This document shows positions 36,059-46,462 of a stretch of 64,000 bases of DNA, in pieces. Positions within the stretch are counted from its first letter, which is position 1. Each line of letters begins with the position of its first letter. This stretch comes from a virus: the IMG/VR virus record IMGVR_UViG_3300037418_004082; one strand, given 5' to 3'. The position numbers were made by a program, and so were the translations under genes. The notes beneath the pieces are model-generated. The model did no database searches. It saw only the letters and a list, made by a program, of their open reading frames with translations, and was not told the DNA's origin.

Positions 36059-39000
36059 ATGCCGGATTACTATAGCGACGATCCGACGCAGTTCGATGCG
36101 CGGAGCAACCAGAGCGCCCAGAACCTGAACCAGGCCGCCGACGCCTTCGATAGTGCGTCGTCGCGGCTGTCGCAGTCCGTCTCGGCGTTGAGCACGAACC
36201 TGCTGGGCCAGATCCAGCAGGTGCAGTCCGGGCAGCTCGCGCAGGCCGTGGCGCCCGGCATGAACCCGTTCGCCCAGATGGGCGCGCTCGCGGCGGCCAG
36301 CTACGGCCGCGGCATGAACCCGTACGCGCCCCAGATGGCCATGGCCCAGGACATGTACCAGCGCCAGGCCCAGATGAGCCTCGCGGGGATGGGCGCGGCC
36401 GGGATCATGACGCCGTTCGGCGACCCGACCATCAACCCGTTCATGACGCCGACGCAGCCCATGTACGCGCTGCCCACGCAGTTCCTGCAAGCGTACGGCT
36501 CGCCCGGTCAGCCGGGTGACCCCGCGCGCAGCCGGTTCTTCTTCGGCACCGGCGCGGGCTCCGCGGCGAGCCTCGCGCACCAGGCCATCGCCACGCAGTT
36601 CTTCGGCGGCTTCGGCAACGACAACCTGGAGGACCGGGTGTTCCGCTACGCGGAGCGCAACCAGCAGTACGGCGCGGAGAACATCGCCCGGCTGACGCGC
36701 GACGTCAGCGGCAACCTGGCGAGCATCGGTGGTGGCATCTTGGGCGGCATGGCCCTGGGTCAGTTGGCCTTGCCCATTCCCGGCGTCGGTGCGCTCGCGG
36801 GCGGCGTGCTGGGCGGCATGGCCGGCTTCGCCGTGGGCGACGCGCCCTTCGGCATGGTGGACCGCATGGCGCGGCCGTACCGCCAGACGGCGATGGACAT
36901 GCGTGACTACACCGCGCCGTACATGCGCGGCCAGCGCTTGGGCGGCGGGATGTCGTTCCGCGAGACCTTGGGGCTGCAGCGCGATCTGGAGAAGCAGATC
37001 AGCCGCGACAACTTCTTCAACGCGCAGGACTACCAGCAGCTCATCGGCATGGCGGGTGAGACCGGCCTGTTCTCGATGACGAGCAACAAGGACCAAGCGC
37101 TCAAGGCCGTCGAGCGTCTGGGCGACAGCGTGAAGACGCTCTTCCAGCTCGGCGTGAAGAGCCGCGAGCAGCTCGACGTCATCGCGACGAGCTTCAACCA
37201 GTTGGGCATCAACCCGTCGTCCGACCCGCACCGCATGGCCAACGTCTTCACGACGCTCGCCGCGCAGGCGCAGTCCGCCGGCATGAGCACCACGCAGATC
37301 ATGCAGGCCAGCGCGCCCGCCGCCCAGATGGCCATGGCCCAGGGCCTGGGTCCGCTCGCCGGCATGCAGATGAGCGCGACCAACCTGGGCTTCGGCGGCG
37401 GCTTCTTCCGCAGCGGCATGGCCAGCGGCTTCGACCAGGCGTACTTCGGCGGCGCCCAGGGCTTCGGCCAGACGCTGACGCGCGCCAACATGGCGATGTT
37501 GCGCACCGGCATCGGCCAGACGATGATGGCGGGCCTGTTTGCGCCCGGCAGCAACCTGATGGGCACGTTGATGGGCCAGGGCGGCTCGATGACGCCGGAA
37601 GCGCTGATCGGCGCGGTCGGCGGCCACGCCATGGACCCGATGGGCTTCATGGGCATGCAGGCGGAGATGCCGGAGCTGACCCAGAACCTGGGCAACTTCC
37701 TGCAGCCGGCGATGCTCGACAACGCCATGCAGACCTACCGCCAGCTCACCGGCGACCACGGGCAGATCGACCTGCGCAAGTTCCGCGGCTTCCTGATGGC
37801 GGCCTACGGCCTGGACGAGCAGGCCGCGCTCGCCATGACCAAGCAGATCGGCGCGATGCCCCAGATCGCCGCCGACGCGCGCCGCAGCATCGGCGATCAG
37901 CGCAGCATCCTGCGTATGGAGCAGCTCCGTCGCCCGACGCTCGCGCGCCAGATCGAGAAGTTCAAGGAGCGCACGGTGGACGCCTTCGCGACGGAGGCCG
38001 ACGTGAAGCTGCACGAGTTCGGGCTGGGCGTGCTGGACACCACGGCCCAGGCGGCCACCGGCCTGGCCGGCGCCGTGGGGCTGAACGACTTCCTGCGCCC
38101 CTACGGCATGGAGTTCCGCGGCGGCAGCACCTGGGAGGAGTTCACCACCGGCCGCCGCGTCGCGGACCTGGGAAGCCAGTCCAGCCTCCTCGATCCCGTG
38201 CGTTCGCTGCAGGATGCCCAGCAAGCAGACAAGATTCTGCAGAACCTGGGCATGAGCCGCGAGATGGTGGGCCTTTCGCCCTCCCAGCGCGCCGGCTACA
38301 TCCAGGACAAGCAGATCGCGGATCGCCTGCGTGCGGGCGGCCCGGGAATGGAGAGCGTCGTCCGTCGCACGCTGGAGGCCGCGGGTATCCAAGGCGGCGA
38401 CGCTTCGCGCTTCCTCGACTCGTTCGAGACGCGCCGCTTCACGCCGGACCAGATGGACGCCTTGAGCAAGCGCTCCGACCTCGTGCGCCGCATGCTGGAC
38501 CGCACGACCGCCTTGTCGCCGTCGGGCGGTGGCGCGTCGCACGAGCAGATGCGAGACATCGTCGCGCAGGCCGTTGGGCAGCGTTACGACGAGGACCAGG
38601 TGGCTAACGTCAATGTCATCAAGGGCCTCGCGAACTATTACAACCCCGACAGCGATGCGGCGAACCGCAACTTGAAGGACATCGCGATTACGCAGTTGAC
38701 GGACGCGGGTACACGTGAAGCTCTCTTCAAGGGGCTGTCGCCGAACGATGACCCGTTGAAGCAGCGCGACGACTTCATGCAACGCGTCGCACAGATGGAC
38801 CCGGAACTCAAGGGCAAGAGCCTGATGGAGATCCGGGACAACCCCATGCTCGCGGCGAAGCTCGCCCAAAAGTCTGCCGCCCTCGCGGACACGCACGCGG
38901 CCGCCATGAGCGCGTGGCGCTCGTCGATCGTGAAGAACGACGCCATCGGTGGCGCGCTGATCGCCTCGGCGGTCGGTACGCCACTGGCCGCTCCGGTCGG

Positions 39001-40336
39001 CGCGGCCATGGGTGCCGCGTTCGGCGTCGTGCACGGCATGGTGGCCCAGGGCGTGGAGCACCTGGTCAACCGCGAGGGCCAGGTCGCCGACCAGCTCGCG
39101 AGCACGTTCCGCGGGATGAACGACAACCCGGGTGGCCGCGAGCTGGGCGTCGAGGCGCTGCACAAGGCCATGGAGGCCACCGCCGACAACATCACCGGTG
39201 CGATGGGCTACTTCGGCCAAGGCTGGACCGCGGGTTCCGGGGGCAGCAAGGTTCGAGAGGCCCTCAAGGCTGAAGGTCAGAAGGGGCTCGTCAACGCGCG
39301 CGTATTGTCGATGTCCTCCGTCTCGAACCTGATCCGCAGCGCCGGCTCGATCGCTGCCGCCAAGCAAGCGCTGATCGCCCAGGGCATGTCACCGGAGACG
39401 GCCGACGCGACGCTGAAACAAGCAGGGGCAACGGATACGAACTTGTCCGCGTCGGAGTTGGCCGCCAACATCGACTCCGACCAGCAGAGCCGGCTCGATC
39501 GCGCCGTACGTGACGGTCTGATGACCAAGGACGAGGCCGCGAAAGTCTCGGAGGCGGCTATGGCGCTGCGCAACAGCGGGGCCGACGGCGCGAAGGTCAC
39601 GAAGCTGCTCGACGACCAGGTGAACAACCTGAACGCCGGGCTGGCCTACAGCCGCAAGCACCTCGACGCGGGCCAGCGAGATGCCCTGGAAGATGCCTTC
39701 CGGGGTCACTTCGGCACGGCGGGGGCTCGTGACCTCGTGAGCCGCCTCCAGGCCAACGACATGGGCGCCGTCCAGCAGGCCGCGGGCTTGGCGTTCACGG
39801 ACAAGGCCCAGGCGGCCGCCGTTCAGCAGATCGCGCAGTTCGTGGGTGCGTCGGGTGGCGGCCGGGCCAATGCCCAGAAGATCAAGGCCGCGCTCGAAAA
39901 GGCCGGCGTCGGCAAGTTCTCCGACGAGGAGCTGGCCGGCATGGACACCAAGGGCCTGGGCGCCGCGCTGCGTCAGACCATCGTGGACCGCCTCGCGCCG
40001 GGCAGCGGCGGCGAGCAGCCGGGGATGCGCTACGGCAAGGGCTTAAGCGGCACCGCGGCCGACAGCGAGCGCGCCGCGGAGACCCAGCTCAAGCTGCTCT
40101 CCAAGATGGAGGCCCTCGCCGGCCAGTTCGACGCCACGCGGGTCAAGCAGACCCAGGAGGCGGTGGACAAGATGACGTCGGCCGTGGGCGGCGAAAACTC
40201 TGCTTTCGTCAAGGCGCTGAATAATTTTACCAAGGCCCTTTCGGAGAAGAACACGCTCACGGGCAGCATCAAGGTGGACCTCGTGCGCAACAAGGGCGAG
40301 GGCACGTACAAGATGCAAGTGCCGGGCCAGACGTAG
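36059..40336 (+). CDS. Tail tape-measure protein (putative)
   Basis: 1425 aa, helical, A/G/M/Q-rich, with hydrophobic GG segments; precedes baseplate-type genes. Confidence 0.7.
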   Translation: MPDYYSDDPTQFDARSNQSAQNLNQAADAFDSASSRLSQSVSALSTNLLGQIQQVQSGQLAQAVAPGMNPFAQMGALAAASYGRGMNPYAPQMAMAQDMYQRQAQMSLAGMGAAGIMTPFGDPTINPFMTPTQPMYALPTQFLQAYGSPGQPGDPARSRFFFGTGAGSAASLAHQAIATQFFGGFGNDNLEDRVFRYAERNQQYGAENIARLTRDVSGNLASIGGGILGGMALGQLALPIPGVGALAGGVLGGMAGFAVGDAPFGMVDRMARPYRQTAMDMRDYTAPYMRGQRLGGGMSFRETLGLQRDLEKQISRDNFFNAQDYQQLIGMAGETGLFSMTSNKDQALKAVERLGDSVKTLFQLGVKSREQLDVIATSFNQLGINPSSDPHRMANVFTTLAAQAQSAGMSTTQIMQASAPAAQMAMAQGLGPLAGMQMSATNLGFGGGFFRSGMASGFDQAYFGGAQGFGQTLTRANMAMLRTGIGQTMMAGLFAPGSNLMGTLMGQGGSMTPEALIGAVGGHAMDPMGFMGMQAEMPELTQNLGNFLQPAMLDNAMQTYRQLTGDHGQIDLRKFRGFLMAAYGLDEQAALAMTKQIGAMPQIAADARRSIGDQRSILRMEQLRRPTLARQIEKFKERTVDAFATEADVKLHEFGLGVLDTTAQAATGLAGAVGLNDFLRPYGMEFRGGSTWEEFTTGRRVADLGSQSSLLDPVRSLQDAQQADKILQNLGMSREMVGLSPSQRAGYIQDKQIADRLRAGGPGMESVVRRTLEAAGIQGGDASRFLDSFETRRFTPDQMDALSKRSDLVRRMLDRTTALSPSGGGASHEQMRDIVAQAVGQRYDEDQVANVNVIKGLANYYNPDSDAANRNLKDIAITQLTDAGTREALFKGLSPNDDPLKQRDDFMQRVAQMDPELKGKSLMEIRDNPMLAAKLAQKSAALADTHAAAMSAWRSSIVKNDAIGGALIASAVGTPLAAPVGAAMGAAFGVVHGMVAQGVEHLVNREGQVADQLASTFRGMNDNPGGRELGVEALHKAMEATADNITGAMGYFGQGWTAGSGGSKVREALKAEGQKGLVNARVLSMSSVSNLIRSAGSIAAAKQALIAQGMSPETADATLKQAGATDTNLSASELAANIDSDQQSRLDRAVRDGLMTKDEAAKVSEAAMALRNSGADGAKVTKLLDDQVNNLNAGLAYSRKHLDAGQRDALEDAFRGHFGTAGARDLVSRLQANDMGAVQQAAGLAFTDKAQAAAVQQIAQFVGASGGGRANAQKIKAALEKAGVGKFSDEELAGMDTKGLGAALRQTIVDRLAPGSGGEQPGMRYGKGLSGTAADSERAAETQLKLLSKMEALAGQFDATRVKQTQEAVDKMTSAVGGENSAFVKALNNFTKALSEKNTLTGSIKVDLVRNKGEGTYKMQVPGQT

Positions 40337-40348
40337 CGCGAGGACACC

Positions 40349-43300
40349 ATGCCGAACACGAACATCACCAACGAAGTCGCCGGCTGGTTCGGCGCCAACC
40401 CCGCGCTGGCCCACGGCAACTACGTCATCAAGAAGGTCGAGGCCACGTACAAGAAGAACTACGACGTCGTGCAAGCGTCGCCGTCGAACCCTGCCGTCGA
40501 TGCGACCGTCGCGAAGCTCACGGCACTCCGCGTGCTCGACACCGTAAGCGGCACGGCTTTCACGTCGCCGCAGGCCGAAATGCGTGGCTACCTCAAGGAG
40601 TCGCAGAAGGCGGTCGGCACGGGTGAGTTGCGCAGCGCGAACAACTTGGCCTTGCCCGTGGAGAAAGGTATCGACGCGAACTTCACGTACACGGGTGGGG
40701 GTTCCATCCGCGTGACGGCGCACAGCAGCCCGCTGCCGCTGGCGACCGTCGCCGTCGGCGACTACGTGGCCGTCAAGAACCGCTCGAACACGCTGGGCGT
40801 GGTGACCCTCGTGGAGTCCACCAACGGCTCCGACGCGGGCGTCGCCGCGACCGTGCTGGAGACGGCCGTCTACCCGTTCCACGCGGGCGGTCAGCTCGCA
40901 CGTCAGCCGGGCGTCGAATGGCAGGTGATCGCGGGCGTCAAGGCGGCCGTGAACTTCAACGCCGTGACGGGTCAGGGCGTCGTGGTTTCCGCGGCCGGCG
41001 CCGACTTCACCGGCGTGGTTCAGGTCGGCGACTACGTGCACCTCACGGCGCGCACCACCGCGCCGACGACCACCAACCCCACCATCGCGGGCTACTACCG
41101 CGTGCAGCAGGTGGCCGCCTCCGCGCTGCTCCTGGAGCGCAAGGCGTACACCCGCACCGGCGAGGGCGTCTACGTCCAGTCCAGCTCGGCCTTGCCCAAC
41201 ATCGACGACGTGGCCGACTTCACGGTCCTGCGTACGCGCGCCAACGCGCTCTTCCTGCGCCACGCCGGCCAGCTCTTCACCGGTGTACAGACCGGCGACT
41301 GGCTGCGCACGGACTACAGTGGCGGGCGGGTCTTCCAGGTGCAGGAGGTGCCCACCCTGGGCCTGATGCTGCTCGTGCCCACCAACTACAGCGGCACCAG
41401 CGCGCCGTACACGCTCGACAACACGACCATCCCGGACTTCACCGCCACGGTGAGCTACTCCGTCACGCGAGCGCCGTATGGTCAGCTCGCGTCCTTCACG
41501 TTGACCGACCCCAGCGCCACGTTCACTGGCGTGGCCCACGTGGGCGACTTCGTGCAGCTCACCGCGCGATCGGGTCCGCTCGACTCGACCGTGGACCCCG
41601 CCACGACGGTCGGGTACTACCTGATCACGAACGTCGCGACCCACACGCTCGAATTGAGCAATCAACGATACCAGCTCAACAGCAGCACGTTCTCCACCAC
41701 GGGTCAGTCCGTGTACAAGTCGTACAACGATCGCGCGGACTACCACGTGTTCAAGAGCACGCGCACGTACCCGTACTCGCGTGACACCGACGGAAGCCCG
41801 ATCATCTACCAGGTGATGAGCAAGGACGGTACGGGCTTCGACCTCTACCCCCAGCGCTACCACCAGTACGACCCCGTGCTGTTCGAAATGCACTACCAGA
41901 CGCTCGCCGGCAGCGTCTCCGCGTTCCAGGACTTTTTCGACTTCGACCTGATCAAGGTGTACGGCCCCAAGCTGTACCTCTACAAGCCTGGAGCGGACTT
42001 CTCGGCCGTCACGGCGGGCGCCAACACGTTCATGTTGGGCAAGGCCCGCCTCCTGCCGCCGGCCACCTCCAGCACGCGCACGAGCACCGTCAACGCGGCC
42101 TACGCCGTCGAGTCGAAGCCGTCGGCCTCGAACGAGGTCCTGTTCTTGAGCCGCACGCCTTCCCAAGGCCGTCAGCTCGACAGCGCGAACCCCGCCCAGC
42201 GCTTCGCGCCCTACGACGCCCACCCGAGCCTCGCGCTGTCCGATGGAAGCTGGAAGGAGCCCTGCGACTACCGTGTGGTGCTGCAGGACCCCACGACCTT
42301 CGAGAAGGTCGAGCTGGTGGGCTTGACCACCGGCGTTGCGTCGGCCATCCACGTGGGCGACTACCTGGCGTTCACGTCGGGTGCGCCGCGCGAGGCGGCG
42401 GCCGACTTGCACCCGGGCGCCTTCACGACCGTGCTGTTCAAGGTGATCGGCACGGGTGCCACCAGCGTCACCCTCGATCAGGACCACGTCTACATTTCGA
42501 GCGTTGGTACGCCACCCATTGGCGTGAACGACCTCGACGAGCTGCCGTTCGACCCCACCACGTACTCGTCGTTCGCGTACGGGCTCACCGGCGCGGCCAA
42601 GCGTCGTGCCACGACGACGGATTACATGGTGCTAAAGCAGGGCGTATTCAACAACGCCATCACGCCTGGCTCGGACTACGCGCTGATCAAGTTCAAGCCG
42701 CCGTCGTCTACCACCTACCTCACGTTGACCGTGCTCGTGCACGCCTTCGGTGGCGGCACGGTCACGCTGTACCCGTTCGAAGTCACGGGGGCAGACGGAA
42801 CGTTTGCGATCACGACCAACCCGTTCACGTATGACTTCCGCAACCTCGACGTGGTCCACCTCCAGATCGTGCGACCCAACGGTCAGCTCGACATGGTCAA
42901 CGACTACCTGGCGGCCTTCAACACGGGCTTCGCCTTGCCGGGCGAGGTGGGCAAGAAGGCGGCGCTCGATGCGCGCCTCGCGAACATCTTTCGCGCCGAC
43001 GTGGACGACGCACGCAACCGTGAGACCGCGGAGTTCACCCTGGGCCAGCTCGCGCAGCTCGTACCGGACCAGCAGGTGACCCTGCGCGGCTTCGGCGAGG
43101 GCGGTGCCACGGGCACGCCCGGGACGCTGACGGTCAAGGCGCTGGCCGACGCGCTGAACGGGATGTACGTGGCCGGCACGCCGATGGCGCAGGTGATCCA
43201 GTACCAGAACGCGCTGGCGGCCGCCTGCGTGGTGGACGTCATCGACGCGCTCAAGACGAAGACCGTCCAGGACCTGAAGGACCTGTACATCGACTTCTAC

Positions 43301-45004
43301 CTGCAGCAGCTCGGCTGGACGAGCGACGCGGCGTTCGTGGATGACCCGTTCTTCCCGGCGACGAGCGACATCAAGGCCAGCGTGAAGGCGCAGGCCCTGG
43401 GCAAGGCCGACTTCGCGGCGCGGATGGTCACGGCCATCTCCAAGATCTTCGTGGACCGCGGCCGCAACGACATCGCGGGCGTGCTGACGAGCCAGTTGAA
43501 CAACCTGGTGCCGCTCGTGCGCGACGCGCTGCCCGTCAACTACGGCACCTTCAAGGATCGCTACTTCGTGCGGGATGGCGGCCAGGCCGACTTCACCACG
43601 TCGTTCGCGGGCTTCCTGGCCTTCTTCGTGAAGGGCCTCGCGAGCGACCAGGCCAAGGCGCGTCGGCAGGCGTTCCAGGGCCTGATCGGCGTGCCGCCAG
43701 AGCCCAGCCTGCGCCAGCGCAAGCGCAGCTACAGCCGCGCCCGCAACAAGGGCCGGATGCTGCGCACGCACCGGGGCGACCTCCAGAACCACGCCAGCCA
43801 GACCAACGACCCGAACCTGCTGCAGGTGCTGGGCAACAAGATCGCGGACCTGGGCAACCAGATCCTCGACGCCGACGCCATCACCAACAGCATCGCGGGC
43901 TTCCTCCTCCCCATGGGCGAGCTGCCCCCGCCGCTGTTCGGCTCCGGGGTATCGCCCGATGACCAGCAGGCCGTGGTGGATCAGATGGCGAACGAGAACG
44001 CGGAGGATGCGCCTCCGGGCAACGCGTCGCTCTCCAACGCGTCCATCCCCCAGGCGCCCATCACGTCTACCGTCAGCGCGTCGGTGCCGCGCACCACGCC
44101 GACGTTCGACACGCTGCGCGAGCCGGCGTTACAGGGCGTCACGGTGACCAACCTCTTCGACAAGGACATTCACGACTTCCGTGTCACGCACGCGATCGTG
44201 CCGTACTACACGCTGAACTCGTCGCGCTTCGAGAACGCTTCCAATGTGGCGAGCATCTCGCTGGTGGACTTCGACTTCGTGCCGGTAGACGACGTCATCG
44301 ACTTGGGCGAGCTGGGTACGCTCGACGTAGACTCGTCAGGTATCGTCGCCTACAACCAGTTCATGCTCACGACGGTGGGCGAGAGCTACGCGGAGAAGTT
44401 CCAGCTCGATGACACGCTGCTGGGTTCGTTCGTGATGTTCTTGATGGGCGAGAAGCCGGAAGTGTGGTCCATGAACGGCAACCTGATCAACGACATCGCG
44501 TCGGACCAGGTCTCCAAGTTCCGCGCGCTCTACGAGAACTACATCCGCGGCAGCGTGCTCGCGCAGCAACAGCAGCTCGTTTGCTTGACCGTGCCGGCCA
44601 TCTCGTTGAAGCTGTACTGCGTGCCCGTGGCCCTGAACATCCAGGCGAACTCGGACGGCAGCGACGTGCTGGTGCCGTTCTCGATGCAGTTCGTCAAGGT
44701 GGCGCACCGGCAGATCCCGATGTTCCGCAAGCTCAACACGCCCAGCGTGCCGATCAGCAACTTCGTGTCGTTCCTGCACAAGCAGACCGGCCTGGTGGGG
44801 CGTCAGGGCGGCACGGGCCGCTCGTCCGCTCGCACCAAGCCTGGCGCAGCGCCGCTGCCCTTCGGCCCCACCAACGAAGAGCTGGGCGTGCTGGGCAAGG
44901 CCGTCTCCGCGATCACCGATCCGGCGGGGGCGGTGAAGGCAGCGACGTCCGCGTTCCAGAGCGTGCTCGACGCACCGGACGTCATGCCGCGCCTGTTCGG
45001 TTAA
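40349..45004 (+). CDS. Large tail/baseplate protein
   Basis: 1551 aa; repetitive beta modules (VGDYV/VGDFV); C-terminal tail-tube-like domain (FLMGEKPEVWSMNG..YENYIRG). Confidence 0.6.
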   Translation: MPNTNITNEVAGWFGANPALAHGNYVIKKVEATYKKNYDVVQASPSNPAVDATVAKLTALRVLDTVSGTAFTSPQAEMRGYLKESQKAVGTGELRSANNLALPVEKGIDANFTYTGGGSIRVTAHSSPLPLATVAVGDYVAVKNRSNTLGVVTLVESTNGSDAGVAATVLETAVYPFHAGGQLARQPGVEWQVIAGVKAAVNFNAVTGQGVVVSAAGADFTGVVQVGDYVHLTARTTAPTTTNPTIAGYYRVQQVAASALLLERKAYTRTGEGVYVQSSSALPNIDDVADFTVLRTRANALFLRHAGQLFTGVQTGDWLRTDYSGGRVFQVQEVPTLGLMLLVPTNYSGTSAPYTLDNTTIPDFTATVSYSVTRAPYGQLASFTLTDPSATFTGVAHVGDFVQLTARSGPLDSTVDPATTVGYYLITNVATHTLELSNQRYQLNSSTFSTTGQSVYKSYNDRADYHVFKSTRTYPYSRDTDGSPIIYQVMSKDGTGFDLYPQRYHQYDPVLFEMHYQTLAGSVSAFQDFFDFDLIKVYGPKLYLYKPGADFSAVTAGANTFMLGKARLLPPATSSTRTSTVNAAYAVESKPSASNEVLFLSRTPSQGRQLDSANPAQRFAPYDAHPSLALSDGSWKEPCDYRVVLQDPTTFEKVELVGLTTGVASAIHVGDYLAFTSGAPREAAADLHPGAFTTVLFKVIGTGATSVTLDQDHVYISSVGTPPIGVNDLDELPFDPTTYSSFAYGLTGAAKRRATTTDYMVLKQGVFNNAITPGSDYALIKFKPPSSTTYLTLTVLVHAFGGGTVTLYPFEVTGADGTFAITTNPFTYDFRNLDVVHLQIVRPNGQLDMVNDYLAAFNTGFALPGEVGKKAALDARLANIFRADVDDARNRETAEFTLGQLAQLVPDQQVTLRGFGEGGATGTPGTLTVKALADALNGMYVAGTPMAQVIQYQNALAAACVVDVIDALKTKTVQDLKDLYIDFYLQQLGWTSDAAFVDDPFFPATSDIKASVKAQALGKADFAARMVTAISKIFVDRGRNDIAGVLTSQLNNLVPLVRDALPVNYGTFKDRYFVRDGGQADFTTSFAGFLAFFVKGLASDQAKARRQAFQGLIGVPPEPSLRQRKRSYSRARNKGRMLRTHRGDLQNHASQTNDPNLLQVLGNKIADLGNQILDADAITNSIAGFLLPMGELPPPLFGSGVSPDDQQAVVDQMANENAEDAPPGNASLSNASIPQAPITSTVSASVPRTTPTFDTLREPALQGVTVTNLFDKDIHDFRVTHAIVPYYTLNSSRFENASNVASISLVDFDFVPVDDVIDLGELGTLDVDSSGIVAYNQFMLTTVGESYAEKFQLDDTLLGSFVMFLMGEKPEVWSMNGNLINDIASDQVSKFRALYENYIRGSVLAQQQQLVCLTVPAISLKLYCVPVALNIQANSDGSDVLVPFSMQFVKVAHRQIPMFRKLNTPSVPISNFVSFLHKQTGLVGRQGGTGRSSARTKPGAAPLPFGPTNEELGVLGKAVSAITDPAGAVKAATSAFQSVLDAPDVMPRLFG

Positions 45005-45016
45005 GAGGGCCTTCTC

Positions 45017-46459
45017 GTGATCAACGTCGTGTTCGCTCCCTGGCGCGTCGATGGCTCGCTCGCCATCATCTCGTGGAAGGTCTACCCGACCACCGGTCTC
45101 GCGCAAGTGGATCGCGTGGACTACCGGGTGTGGCGTGACGACAGCACGCCCGTTGTTGTCACCACGACCGACCTCACCAAGGAAGTGTCGATTGACGTCA
45201 CCAACTTCAACGGCGACCTGTTCGCGGAAGTGGTGGCGTACGACGCCGTCGGCAACACCAAGACGGAACTGACCGAACTATCGGTGAACAATCACGTGCC
45301 GCCCACGCCGCCCGATTGGCTGACGTACGACGCCTTCGGTTCCTCGTCGCTGACGCTGCGCTGGGGCGCGAGCTTCGTGTCCAACACCACGGTGAGCTGG
45401 AAGGTGTACCACCGCCAGGCCAGCGGCACCACGCCACTCGCGATCGTGCCGGTCTCCCAACTTTCCGCGTTCATCGCCATCGACCTGACCACGGTGGACG
45501 ACCTGTACGTGGTGGGTGTGGACGCCGACGGTCACGAGAGCGCGCCGTCGCCCGTGCTGGACCTGACGCCGCAGCTCGCGGGCCCCGTGATCGAGTTCAC
45601 GTCCTGGACGATGGGCGTGGTGAAGGCCACGATCGCGTTCTCGATCTCCGGCCCGCGGCCGATCGCGGCCGTGAGCTGGGTGGCGAAGCGCGCGGGCGTC
45701 GTGGTGGGCGAAGGGCTGACCGCGGGCACCGTGAACATCGACGTGGTGGACTTCGAGGGCCCGGTCGAGCTGTCCGTGACGGCCGTGGACGACCAGAACG
45801 TCAGCCGCACGGCCGTGGTGCACGCCCGGGTCTGGAATCGCATCCCGCGCCGCCCCGTGATCGAAGCGCAGGCGGTGGGCACCACCTACATCCGCCTGGA
45901 GGCCGGCAAGGACTTCGACGACCCCGCGACGGTGGCCTACGTCGAGGTCACGGGCCTGGGGCTGACCGTGCGACAGCCGGCGCCCTTCGTCTACACGTTC
46001 ATGGCGCTGCAGCCCGACACGGAGTACACGTTCACCGCGCGGGCCATCAACCCGGGCGGCTTCGCGGGTGCCGACAGCCAGCCATTCACCGTGCGGACCT
46101 TCGAGGACGTCTCCGCGACGGAGCCGGTGCCCGGCGCGCTCGTGCCGGGGCCGGTGCTCGCGCAGATTCTGCCATGGATGACCGGCGACCTGCTAGAATA
46201 CCTGTTGCAGGCAAGCGCGGACACCCGGGTCCGCGATGTCGCCAGCAAGCAGATCGTTCGCACTCCCGACGCCTTCGACCCGTTCCTCGCCATGGTGGCG
46301 CCCATCGCGGCGTCGCTGGGCAAGACCATCCGGGACGAGACCTCCGACTCCGCCAGCATGGAAGCCTCCTGGCTGATCGACAAGACGCCGGACACCCTGG
46401 GCAAGCTGGTCGTGTTGGCAGAGCGCGTGGCGTTCGGCAGCATCCTCAACAAGGGGTAG
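45017..46459 (+). CDS. Fibronectin type III repeat virion protein
   Basis: PPTPP..SLTLRW..WKVY; ALQPDTEYTFTARAIN. Confidence 0.8.
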   Translation: MINVVFAPWRVDGSLAIISWKVYPTTGLAQVDRVDYRVWRDDSTPVVVTTTDLTKEVSIDVTNFNGDLFAEVVAYDAVGNTKTELTELSVNNHVPPTPPDWLTYDAFGSSSLTLRWGASFVSNTTVSWKVYHRQASGTTPLAIVPVSQLSAFIAIDLTTVDDLYVVGVDADGHESAPSPVLDLTPQLAGPVIEFTSWTMGVVKATIAFSISGPRPIAAVSWVAKRAGVVVGEGLTAGTVNIDVVDFEGPVELSVTAVDDQNVSRTAVVHARVWNRIPRRPVIEAQAVGTTYIRLEAGKDFDDPATVAYVEVTGLGLTVRQPAPFVYTFMALQPDTEYTFTARAINPGGFAGADSQPFTVRTFEDVSATEPVPGALVPGPVLAQILPWMTGDLLEYLLQASADTRVRDVASKQIVRTPDAFDPFLAMVAPIAASLGKTIRDETSDSASMEASWLIDKTPDTLGKLVVLAERVAFGSILNKG

Positions 46460-46462
46460 CGC

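Noticed and set aside
20380-39367. Very long minus-strand ORFs (e.g. 20380-24810, 35960-39367; also 11715-13913, 57061-59934)
   Set aside because: Antisense shadows of high-GC3 plus-strand genes: R/G/A/H-rich, no recognisable motifs, fully overlapping well-supported genes.
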